Positions 52,888 through 64,000 of a stretch of DNA of 64,000 bases are shown here, piece by piece. The translations under genes were made by a program, and so were the position numbers. The notes below the pieces were generated by a model, which was not told the origin of the DNA, made no database searches, and was given only the letters and a program-made list of their open reading frames with translations. The number at the start of each line of letters is the position of its first letter. Positions within the stretch are counted from its first letter, which is position 1. Source of the DNA: the human T2T-CHM13v2.0 reference genome, Homo sapiens; NCBI RefSeq assembly GCF_009914755.1, contig NC_060945.1; one strand, 5' to 3'.

Positions 52888-55800
52888 AGAACTTTCTCAA
52901 AGTGCTTCTGTTTATTTTTCTTATGAAGATATTTCCTTTTCCACTATGGGCCACAGAGTGCTCCAAATATCCACTGGCAGATTCTACAAAAAGGGTGTTT
53001 CAAAACTGCTCAATCAATAGAAAGTTTGAAGTCTGTGAGATGAATGTACACATCACAAAGGAGTTTCTAAGAATGCTTCCATCTGAATTTTATGTGAGGA
53101 TATTTCCTTTTTCACCATAGGCCTCAGTACACTCCAAATATCCATTTACAGATAATACAAATGACTGTATCCAAACTGCTCAATCAAAAGAAAGTTCAAC
53201 TCTGTATGATGAATGCACACATCACAAGGGTGTTTCTCAGAAAGATTTTGTCTAGTTTTTAGGTGAAGATATTTCTTATTTCCCCAGAGGCCTCAATGGG
53301 CTCTCAAATATTCCCTTTCATATTCTACTAAATGACTGTATCGAAGCTGCTCAATCAAAAGACGGGTTTAACAGTGTGAGACGAAAATACACCTTCCTAG
53401 GAAGTTTCTCAGAATTCTTCTTTCTAGTTTTTTATGTGAAGATATTTCCTTTTCCACTATAGGCCTCAAAGCGTTCCAAATATCCACTTGCAGATACTAC
53501 AAATAGAGCGTTTCAAAACTGCTCAATCAAAAGAAAGGTTCAACTCTGTGAGATGAATGCAGACATCAAAAAAACTTTCTCAGAATGCTTCCGCCTTGTT
53601 TTTATGTGAAGATATTTCCTTTTTCACCATAGGCCTCAAAGCACTGGTAATATCCATTTGCAGATACTACAAAAAGACTGTTCCCAAACTGCTCAATAAA
53701 AAGAAATTTTCAACTCTATGAGATAAAAGCTAATATCACAAAGAAGTTTCTCAGAAACTTTCTATCTAGTTTTTATGTGAACATATTTCTTATCACCCCA
53801 TAGACCTCAATCGGCTCACAAGTATCCTTCTGCAGATTGTAAAAAACTACTGTTTCCAAACCGCTCAATCACAGGAAAGGTTTAACTCTGTGAAATGAAT
53901 GCATCCATCACAGAGAAGTTTCTCAGAATGCTTCCGTCTCGTTTTCATGTGAAGAAGATTCCTTTTCCACCATATTCCTCATGCGCTCCAAATAAACACT
54001 TGCAGATTCCGCTAAAAGAGTGTTTCAAAACTGCTCAATCAAAAGAAAGGTTCTAGTCGGTGAGATGAATGCACACATCCCAAAGAAGTTTCTATGAATG
54101 CTTCTGTCTGATTTATATTGAAGATATTTCCTTTTTCACCGTAGGCCTCAGAGTGCTTAAAATATCCATTTGCAGATACTAGAAAAGACTGTTTCCAAAC
54201 TGCTCAATCAAAGTAAAGTTCAACTCAGTGAGATGAATGCACACATCACCAAGACGTCTCTGAGAAAGATTCTGTCTCGTTTTTATGTGAAGATATTTCC
54301 TGTTTCCCCAGAGGCATCAATGGGCTCACAAATATTCCTTTGCATATTCTACAAAATGACTGTTTAGAAGGTGCTCAATCAAAAAAAAAGTTCAACAGTG
54401 TGAGATGAATGCGCCCATTCAAAGGAAGTTTCTCAGAATTCTTCTATCTAGTTTTTATGTGAAGATATTTCCTTTTTCACTATAGGCCACAAAGTGCTCC
54501 AAATATCCACTTGCAGACTCTACAAAACGAGTGTATCCACACTGCACAATCAAAAGAATATTTCAACTGTGTGAGATGAATGCACACATCTAAATAAATT
54601 TCTCCAAAACTTCTGCCTACTTTTTATGGGAAGATATTTCGTTTTTCAACGTAGGCCAAAAGCACTCCAAATATCAATTTGCAGATTCTACAAAAAGACT
54701 GTTTCCAAACTGCTCAATCAAGAGAAAGTTTCAACCCAGTGAGTAGAAGTCACACATGACAAAATAGTTTCTCAGAAAGTATCTGTCTAGTTTTTATGTG
54801 AAGATATTTCCTATCACCCCAGAAGCCTCAATGGTCTCACAAATATTCCTTTGCAGATTCTACAAAACGACAGTTTCAAAACTGCTGAATCAAAAGAAAG
54901 GTTCAACTCTGTGAGATTAATGCACAGATCACAAATAAGTTTCTCAGAATGCTGCTGTCTAGTTTTTATCGGAAGAGATTTCCTTTTCCACCATAGGCCT
55001 CAAAGCTCTCCAAATAGCCATTTGCAGATACTGTAAAAAGACTGTTTCCAAACTGCTGAATCAAAAGAAAGGTTGAACTCCATGAGTTGAATGCACACGT
55101 CACAAAGAAGTTTCTCAGAATGCTTCTGACTAGTTTTTATGTGAAGATATTTTCTTTTCCACCGTAGGCCTCAAAGCGCTGAAAATATCCACTTGAAGAT
55201 TCTACCAAAAGAGAGTTTCAAAACTGCTCAAACAAAAGAAAGATTGAACTCTGTGAGATGAATGCACACATCACAAAGAAGTTTCTCAGAATGCTTCTGT
55301 CTAGTTTTATGTAAAGATATTTCCTTTTCTACTATAGGCCACAAAGCACTCCAAATATCAACTTGCAGATTCTGCAGAAAGAGTTTTTCAAAGCTGCTCA
55401 ATCAAAAGAAAAGTTCAACTCTTTGAGATGAATGCACACATCATGAAGTTCCTCAGAATGCTTCTATTTTTATGTGAAGATATATCCTTTTCTACCATAG
55501 ACCACAAAACGCTCCAAATATCCCCTTGCAGTTTCTACTAAAAGAGTGTTTCCAAACGGCTCAATCAAAAGAAGTTTCAACTCTGTGAGATGAATGCACA
55601 CATCATTAAGAAGTTTCTCAGTAATTTTCTGTCTAGTTTTTATGTGAAGATATTTCCTTTCCTACTATAGGCCTGAAAGTGCTCCAAATATCCGTTAGCA
55701 GATACTGCAAAAAGACTGTTTCCAAACTGCTCAATCAAAGGAAATGTCCAACTCTGTGAGTTGAATGCACGCATCTCAAAGAGATTACTTATAATGATTC

Positions 55801-56799
55801 TGTCTAGTTTTGATGTGAAGATATTTGCTTTTCCACCAGTGGCCTCAAACTCTCCAAATATCCACTTGCAGATTCTACAATAAGAGTGTTTCAAAACTGC
55901 TCAATCAAAAGAAAGGTTCAACACTGTGAGATGAATGCACACGTCACAAAGCACTTTCTTAGAATGCTTCTGTCTAGCTTATATGTGAAGATATTTCTTT
56001 TTCACCATAGGCTGCAAAGCGCTCCAAATATCCCTTTCAGATTCTACAGAAAGAGTGTTTCAAAACTGTTCAATCAAAAGAGAAATTCAACTCTGGTGAT
56101 GAATGCACGCATCACAAAGCAGTTTCTCATAATGTTTCTGTCTAGTTTTTATGTGAAGATATTTCATTTTCCACTATAGGCCGTAATGCACTCCTAATAT
56201 CCACTTGCAGATTCTACAGAAAGACTGTTTGCAAACTGCTCAAACAAAAGAAAAGTTCAACTCTGTGAGTTGAATGAGCACATCACAAAGAAGTTTCTCA
56301 GAATGCTTCTGTCTAGTTTTTATGTGAATATATTTCCTTTTCTACTACAGGCCGTAATGCGCTCCAAATATCCACCTGCAGATTCTACAAAAAGACAGTT
56401 TCCAAACTGCTCAATCAAAAGAAAAGTTCAACTCTGTGAGTTGAATGAGCACATCACAAAGAAGTTTCTCAGAATGCTTCTATCTAGTTTTTATGTGAAT
56501 ATATTTCCTTTTCCACCACAGGCCAAAAACACTCCAAATATCCACTTGAAGATTCTACAAAAAGAGTGCTTCAAAAATGCTCAATCAAAAGAAAGGTTCA
56601 ACTCTTTGAGATGGATGCACACATCACAAAGAAGCTTCTCAGAATGTTCCTGTCTAGTTTTTTTGTGAAGATATTTCCTTTTCCACCGTAGTCCTCAAGT
56701 CTCTCCAAATATCTACTTTCAGAATCTCCAAAAAGAGTGTTTTAAAACTGCTGTACCAAAGACATTTTCATGTCTGAGATATGACTGCATACAACACAG
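52888..56799 (-). repeat. HOR copy U14, 23-mer, diverged
   Basis: The spacing is 3912 bp. It has several 1-bp deletions and many private substitutions. Confidence 0.9.
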
Positions 56800-59700
56800 A
56801 GAAGTTTCTCAAAGTGCTTCTGTTTATTTTTTTTATGAAGATATTTCCTTTTCCACTATTGGCCACAGAGCGCTCCAAATATCCACTGGCAGATTCTACA
56901 AAAAGAGTGTTTCAAAACTGCTCAATCAATAGAAAGTTTGAAGTCTGTGAGATGAATGCACACATCACAAAGGAGTTTCTAAGAATGCTTCCATCTGAAT
57001 TTTATGTGAGGATATTTCCTTTTTCACCATAGGCCTCAATACACTCCAAATATCCATTTACAGATAATACAAATGACTGTATCCAAACTGCTCAATCAAA
57101 AGAAAGTTCAACTGTGTATGATGAATGCACACATCACAAGGGTGTTTCTCAGAAAGTTTTTGCCTAGCTTTTAGGTGAAGATATTTCTTATTTCCCCAGA
57201 GGTCTCAATGGGCTCTCAAATATTCCCTTTCATATTCTACTAAATGACTGTATCGAAGCTGCTCAATCAAAAGACGGGTTTAACACTGTGAGACGAAAAT
57301 ACACCTTCCTAGGAAGTTTCTCAGAATTCTTCTTTCTAGTTTTTTATGTGAAGATATTTCCTTTTCCACTATAGGCCTCAAAGCGTTCCAAATATCCACT
57401 TGCAGAAACTACAAATAGAGCGTTTCAGAACTGCTCAATCAAAAGAAAGGTTCAACTCTGTGAGATGAATGCAGACATCAAAAAGAAGTTTCTCAGAATG
57501 CTTCTGCCTTGTTTTTATGTGAAGATATTTCCTTTTTCACCATAGGCCTCAAAGCACTGGTAATATCCATTTGCAGATACTACAAAAAGACTGTTCCCAA
57601 ACTGCTCAATAAAAAGAAAGTTTCAACTCTATGAGATAAAAGCAAATATCACAAAGAAGTTTCTCAGAAACTTTCTATCTAGTTTTTATGTGAACATATT
57701 TCTTATCACCCCATAGACCTCAATCGGCTCACAAGTATCCTTCTGCAGATTGTAAAAAACTACTGTTTCCAAACCGCTCAATCACAGGAAAGGTTTAACT
57801 CTGTGAAATGAATGCATCCATCACAGAGAAGTTTCTCAGAATGCTTCCGTCTCGTTTTTATGTGAAGAAGATTCCTTTTCCACCATATTCCTCATGCGCT
57901 CCAAAGAAACACTTGCAGATTCCGCTAAAAGAGTGTTTCAAAACTGCTCAATCAAAAGACAGGTTCTAGTCGGTGAGATGAATGCACACATCACAAAGAC
58001 GTTTCTATGAATGCTTCTGTCTGATTTATATTGAAGATATTTCCTTTTTCACCGTAGGCCTCAGAGTGCTTAAAATATCCATTTGCAGATACTAGAAAAG
58101 ACTGTTTCCAAACTGCTCAATCAAAATAAAGTTCAACTCAGTGAGATGAATGCACACATCACCAAGACGATTCTGACAAAGATTCTGTCTCGTTTTTATG
58201 TGAAGATATTTCCTGTTTCCCCAGAGGCATCAATGGGCTCACAAATATTCCTTTGCATATTCTACAAAATGACTGTTTAGAAGGTGCTGAATCAAAAAAA
58301 AAGTTCAACAGTGTGAGATGAATGCGCCCATTCAACGGAAGTTTCTCAGAATTCTTCTATCTAGTTTTTATGTGAAGATATTTCCTTTTTCACTATAGGC
58401 CAGAAAGTGCTCCAAATATCCACTTGCAGACTCTACAAAACGAGTGTATCCACACTGCTCAATCAAAAGAAAATTTCAACTGTGTGAGATGAATGCACAC
58501 ATCAAAATAAATTTCTCCAAAACTTCTGCCTACTTTTTATGGGAAGATATTTCGTTTTTCAACGTAGGCCAGAAGCACTCCAAATATCAATTTGCAGATT
58601 CTACAAAAAGACTGTTTCCAAACTGCTCAATCAAGAGAAAGTTTCAACCTGGTGAGTAGAAGTCACACATGACAAAATAGTTTCTCAGAAAGTATCTGTC
58701 TAGTTTTTATGTGAAGATATTTCCTATCACCCCAGAAGCCTCAATGGGCTCACAAATATTCCTTTGCAGATTCTACAAAACGACAGTTTCAAAACTGCTG
58801 AATCAAAAGAAAGGTTCAACTCTGTGAGATGAATGCACAGATCACAAATAAGTTTCTCAGAATGCTGCTGTCTAGTTTTTATGGGAAGATATTTCCTTTC
58901 CCACCATAGGCCTCAAAGCTCTCCAAATAGCCATTTGCAGATACTGTAAAAAGACTGTTTCCAAACTGCTGTATCAAAAGAAAGGTTGAACTCCATGAGT
59001 TGAATGCACACGTCACAAAGAAGTTTCTCAGAATGCTTCTGACTAGTTTTTATGTGAAGATATTTCCTTTTCCACTATAGGCCTCAAAGCGTTCCAAATA
59101 TCCACTTGCAGAAACTACAAATAGAGCGTTTCAGAACTGCTCAATCAAAAGAAAGGTTCAACTCTGTGAGATGAATGCAGACATCAAAAAGAAGTTTCTC
59201 AGAATGCTTCTGCCTTGTTTTTATGTGAAGATATTTCCTTTTTCACCATAGGCCTCAAAGCACTGGTAATATCCATTTGCAGATACTACAAAAAGACTGT
59301 TCCCAAACTGCTCAATAAAAAGAAAGTTTCAACTCTATGAGATAAAAGCAAATATCACAAAGAAGTTTCTCAGAAACTTTCTATCTAGTTTTTATGTGAA
59401 CATATTTCTTATCACCCCATAGACCTCAATCGGCTCACAAGTATCCTTCTGCAGATTGTAAAAAACTACTGTTTCCAAACCGCTCAATCACAGGAAAGGT
59501 TTAACTCTGTGAAATGAATGCATCCATCACAGAGAAGTTTCTCAGAATGCTTCCGTCTCGTTTTTATGTGAAGAAGATTCCTTTTCCACCATATTCCTCA
59601 TGCGCTCCAAAGAAACACTTGCAGATTCCGCTAAAAGAGTGTTTCAAAACTGCTCAATCAAAAGACAGGTTCTAGTCGGTGAGATGAATGCACACATCAC

Positions 59701-62418
59701 AAAGACGTTTCTATGAATGCTTCTGTCTGATTTATATTGAAGATATTTCCTTTTTCACCGTAGGCCTCAGAGTGCTTAAAATATCCATTTGCAGATACTA
59801 GAAAAGACTGTTTCCAAACTGCTCAATCAAAATAAAGTTCAACTCAGTGAGATGAATGCACACATCACCAAGACGATTCTGACAAAGATTCTGTCTCGTT
59901 TTTATGTGAAGATATTTCCTGTTTCCCCAGAGGCATCAATGGGCTCACAAATATTCCTTTGCATATTCTACAAAATGACTGTTTAGAAGGTGCTGAATCA
60001 AAAAAAAAGTTCAACAGTGTGAGATGAATGCGCCCATTCAACGGAAGTTTCTCAGAATTCTTCTATCTAGTTTTTATGTGAAGATATTTCCTTTTTCACT
60101 ATAGGCCAGAAAGTGCTCCAAATATCCACTTGCAGACTCTACAAAACGAGTGTATCCACACTGCTCAATCAAAAGAAAATTTCAACTGTGTGAGATGAAT
60201 GCACACATCAAAATAAATTTCTCCAAAACTTCTGCCTACTTTTTATGGGAAGATATTTCGTTTTTCAACGTAGGCCAGAAGCACTCCAAATATCAATTTG
60301 CAGATTCTACAAAAAGACTGTTTCCAAACTGCTCAATCAAGAGAAAGTTTCAACCTGGTGAGTAGAAGTCACACATGACAAAATAGTTTCTCAGAAAGTA
60401 TCTGTCTAGTTTTTATGTGAAGATATTTCCTATCACCCCAGAAGCCTCAATGGGCTCACAAATATTCCTTTGCAGATTCTACAAAACGACAGTTTCAAAA
60501 CTGCTGAATCAAAAGAAAGGTTCAACTCTGTGAGATGAATGCACAGATCACAAATAAGTTTCTCAGAATGCTGCTTTCTAGTTTTTATGGGAAGATATTT
60601 CCTTTCCCACCATAGGCCTCAAAGCTCTCCAAATAGCCATTTGCAGATACTGTAAAAAGACTGTTTCCAAACTGCTGTATCAAAAGAAAGGTTGAACTCC
60701 ATGAGTTGAATGCACACGTCACAAAGAAGTTTCTCAGAATGCTTCTGACTAGTTTTTATGTGAAGATATTTTCTTTTCCACAGTAGGCCTCAAAGCGCTG
60801 AAAATATCCACTTGAAGATTCTACAAATGAGAGTTTCAAAACTGCTCAAACAAAAGAAAGATTCAACTCTGTGAGATGAATGCACACATCACAAAGAAGT
60901 TTCTCAGAATGCTTCTGTCTAGTTTTATGTAAAGATATTTCCTTTTCTACTATAGGCCACAAAGCACTCCAAATATCAACTTGCAGATTCTGCAGAAAGA
61001 GTTTTTCAAAGCTGCTCAATCAAAAGAAAAGTTCAACTCTTTGAGATGAATGCACACATCAGGAAGTTCCTCAGAATGCTTCTATTTTTATGTGAAGATA
61101 TAGCCTTTTCTACCATAGACGACAAAACGCTCCAAATATCCCCTTGCAGTTTCTACTAAAAGAGTGTTTCCAAACTGCTCAATCAAAAGAAGTTTCAACT
61201 CTGTGAGATGAATGCACTCATCAATAAGAAGTTTCTCAGTAATTTTCTGTCTAGTTTTTATGTGAAGATATTTCCTTTCCTACTATAGGCCTGAAAGTGC
61301 TCCAAATATCCGTTTGCAGATACTGCAAAAAGACTGTTTCCAAACTGCTCAATCAAAGGAAATGTCCAAATCTGTGAGTTGAATGCACGCATCTCAAAGA
61401 GATTACTCATAATGATTCTGTCTAGTTTTGATGTGAAGATATTTGCTTTTCCACCAGTGGCCTCAAACTCTCCAAATATCCACTTGCAGATTCTACAATA
61501 AGAGTGTTTCAAAACTGCTCAATCAAAAGAAAGGTTCAACACTGTGAGATGAATGCACACGTCACAAAGCACTTTCTTAGAATGCTTCTGTCTAGCTTTT
61601 ATGTGAAGATATTTCCTTTTTCACCATAGGCTGCAAAGCGCTCCAAATATCCCTTTCAGATTCTACAGAAAGAGTGTTTCAAAACTGTTCAATCAAAAGA
61701 GAAACTCAACTCTGGTGATGAATGCACGCATCACAAAGCAGTTTCTCATAATGTTTCTGTCTAGTTTTTATGTGAAGATATTTCATTTTCCACTATAGGC
61801 CGTAATGCACTCCTAATATCCACTTGCAGATTCTACAGAAAGACTGTTTGCAAACTGCTCAAACAAAAGAAAAGTTCAGCTCTGTGAGTTGAATGAGCAC
61901 ATCACAAAGAAGTTTCTCAGAATGCTTCTGTCTAGTTTTTATGTGAATATATTTCCTTTTCCACTATAGGCCGTAATGCGCTCCAAATATCCACCTGCAG
62001 ATTCTACAAAAAGACCGTTTCCAAAGTGCTCAATCAAAAGAAAAGTTCAACTCTGTGAGTTGAATGAGCACATCACAAAGAAGTTTCTCACAATGCTTCT
62101 ATCTAGTTTTTATGTGAATATATTCCCTTTTCCACCACAGGCCACAAACACTCCAAATATCCACTTGAAGATTCTACAAAAAGAGTGCTTCAAAAATGCT
62201 CAATCAAAAGAAAGGTTCAACTCTTTGAGATGGATGCACACATCACAAAGAAGCTTCTCAGAATGTTCCTGTCTAGTTTTTTTGTGAAGATATTTCCTTT
62301 TCCACCGTAGTCCTCAAGTCTCTCCAAATATCTACTTTCAGCATCTCCAAAAAGAGTGTTTTAAAACTGCTGTACCAAAGAAAGTTTCGTGTCTGAGATA
62401 TGACTGCATACAACACAG
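56800..62418 (-). repeat. HOR copy U15, 33-mer variant (23-mer plus a 10-monomer tandem duplication)
   Basis: The anchors at 56781 and 62400 are 5619 bp apart. Identical ORF pairs at 58083/59789 and 58444/60150 are offset by 1706 bp. Confidence 0.94.
57341..60752. repeat. Tandem 2 x 1706 bp (10-monomer) duplication
   Basis: Segments 57341-59046 and 59047-60752 share private variants (gacgattctgacaaag, aagacaggt, ggccagaa, ctgtatcaaa). I noticed only one difference, 58870 g versus 60576 t. Confidence 0.94.
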
Positions 62419-64000
62419 AGAAGTTTCTCAAAGTGCTTCTGTTTATTTTTTTTATGAAGATATTTCCTTTTCCACTATGGGCCACAGAGCGCTCCAAATA
62501 TTCACTGGCAGATTCTACAAAAAGAGTGTTTCAAAACTGCTCAATCAATAGAAAGTTTGAAGTCTGTGAGATGAATGCACACATCACAAAGGAGTTTCTA
62601 AGAATGCTTCCATCTGAATTTTATGTGAGGATATTTCCTTTTTCACCATAGGCCTCAATACACTCCAAATATCCATTTACAGATAATACAAATGACTGTA
62701 TCCAAACTGCTCAATCAAAAGAAAGTTCAACTGTGTATGATGAATGCACACATCACAAGGGTGTTTCTCAGAAAGTTTTTGTCTAGCTTTTAGGTGAAGA
62801 TATTTCTTATTTCCCCAGAGGTCTCAATGGGCTCTCAAATATTCCCTTTCATATTCTACTAAATGACTGTATCGAAGCTGCTCAATCAAAAGACGGGTTT
62901 AACAGTGTGAGACGAAAATACACCTTCCTAGGAAGTTTCTCAGAATTCTTCTGTCTAGTTTTTTATGTGAAGATATTTCCTTTTCCACTATAGGCCTCAA
63001 AGCGTTCCAAATATCCACTTGCAGATACTACAAATAGAGCGTTTCAAAACTGCTCAATCAAAAGAAAGGTTCAACTCTGTGAGATGAATGCAGACATCAA
63101 AAAGAAGTTTCTCAGAATGCTTCTGCCTTGTTTTTATGTGAAGATATTTCCTTTTTCACCATAGGCCTCAAAGCACTGGTAATATCCATTTGGAGATACT
63201 ACAAAAAGACTGTTCCCAAACTGCTCAATAAAAAGAAAGTTTCAACTCTATGAGATAAAAGCAAATATCACAAAGAAGTTTCTCAGAAAATTTCTATCTA
63301 GTTTTTATGTGAACATATTTCTTATCACCCCATAGACCTCAATCGGCTCACAAGTATCCTTCTGCAGATTGTAAAAAACTACTGTTTCCAAACCGCTCAA
63401 TCACAGGAAAGGTTTAACTCTGTGAAATGAATGCATCCATCACAGAGAAGTTTCTAAGAATGCTTCCGTCTCGTTTTTATGTGAAGAAGATTCCTTTTCC
63501 ACCATATTCCTCATGCGCTCCAAAGAAACACTTGCAGATTCCGCTAAAAGAGTGTTTCAAAACTGCTCAATCAAAAGAAAGGTTCTAGTCGGTGAGATGA
63601 ATGCACACATCACAAAGACGTTTCTATGAATGCTTCTGTCTGATTTATATTGAAGATATTTCCTTTTTCACCGTAGGCCTCAGAGTGCTTAAAATATCCA
63701 TTTGCAGATACTAGAAAAGACTGTTTCCAAACTGCTCAATCAAAATAAAGTTCAACTCAGTGAGATGAATGCACACATCACCAAGACGTTTCTGAGAAAG
63801 ATTCTGTCTCGTTTTTATGTGAAGATATTTCCTGTTTCCCCAGAGGCATCAATGGGCTCACAAATATTCCTTTGCATATTCTACAAAATGACTGTTTAGA
63901 AGGTGCTCAATCAAAAAAAAAGTTCAACAGTGTGAGATGAATGCGCCCATTCAACGGAAGTTTCTCAGAATTCTTCTATCTAGTTTTTATGTGAAGATAT
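62419..64000 (-). repeat. HOR copy U16, partial (runs off the window)
   Basis: It contains the first ~9 monomers of the HOR and shares ggtctcaat, ccaaagaaac and ttcaacgg with U15. Confidence 0.9.

Larger units (their letters stand above)
1..64000 (-). repeat. Alpha satellite (ALR/Alpha) higher-order repeat array of ~171 bp A-type monomers, 23-mer basic HOR with 25-mer and 33-mer variants
   Basis: The motifs aactctgtgagatgaatgcacacatcacaaagaagtttctcagaatgcttctgtctagtttttatgtgaagatatttcc and tccaaatatccacttgcagattctacaaaaaga recur every ~170 bp throughout. They are the reverse complement of the alpha-satellite consensus. Near-identical ORF translations recur at 3.9 kb and 4.25 kb spacing. Confidence 0.99.

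Noticed and set aside
15-63899. Recurring 61-151 aa ORFs (MRSKYPLADSTKR..., MTAYNTE..., MKHSYCR... and others)
   Set aside because: They are chance translations of 171 bp (57-codon) satellite monomers, many with GTG or TTG starts. They appear and disappear with single SNPs or indels, and they show no recognisable domain or gene structure.
1-64000. CRISPR-like repeat-spacer array or other prokaryotic system
   Set aside because: The sequence between conserved motifs is homologous monomer sequence rather than unique spacers. There are no cas-sized ORFs, and the sequence is primate alpha satellite.
1-64000. Identity with the Y-chromosome DYZ3 array (also box-less, with a two-monomer length variant)
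   Set aside because: DYZ3 units are about 5.7-6.0 kb (34/36-mer), whereas the units here are 3.9 and 4.25 kb.
1-64000. Inversions or foreign insertions
   Set aside because: Monomer orientation is constant, and all unit-length differences are explained by the 333 bp and 1706 bp duplications plus 1-bp indels.

Overview
The whole 64 kb window is one uninterrupted tandem array of primate, human-like alpha satellite. The monomers are about 171 bp and all face the same way, with the + strand being the reverse complement of the usual ALR consensus. I found no credible genes, RNA genes or transposon insertions, and every ORF in the supplied track is a by-product of the repeat. The monomers form a higher-order repeat (HOR) with a 23-monomer basic unit of 3,912-3,915 bp. 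Six copies are 25-mers (4,247-4,248 bp) carrying a 333 bp dimer duplication, and one is a 33-mer (5,619 bp) carrying a recent 1,706 bp ten-monomer duplication. The unit order is 25,25,23,25,25,25,25,23,23,23,23,23,23,23,33,partial. The monomers are A-type (pJalpha-like box) with no intact CENP-B box seen, which suggests an inactive pericentromeric HOR. A pTRA-2-like array of human acrocentric chromosomes is my recalled but unverified candidate. I see no new gene system here. The interest lies in the readable recombination history: an A-B-c super-repeat re-expanded to A-A-B-B-c, a patch of about 2 kb resembling gene conversion, a fossil trimer period inside the HOR, and a more diverged haplotype layer at the right end.
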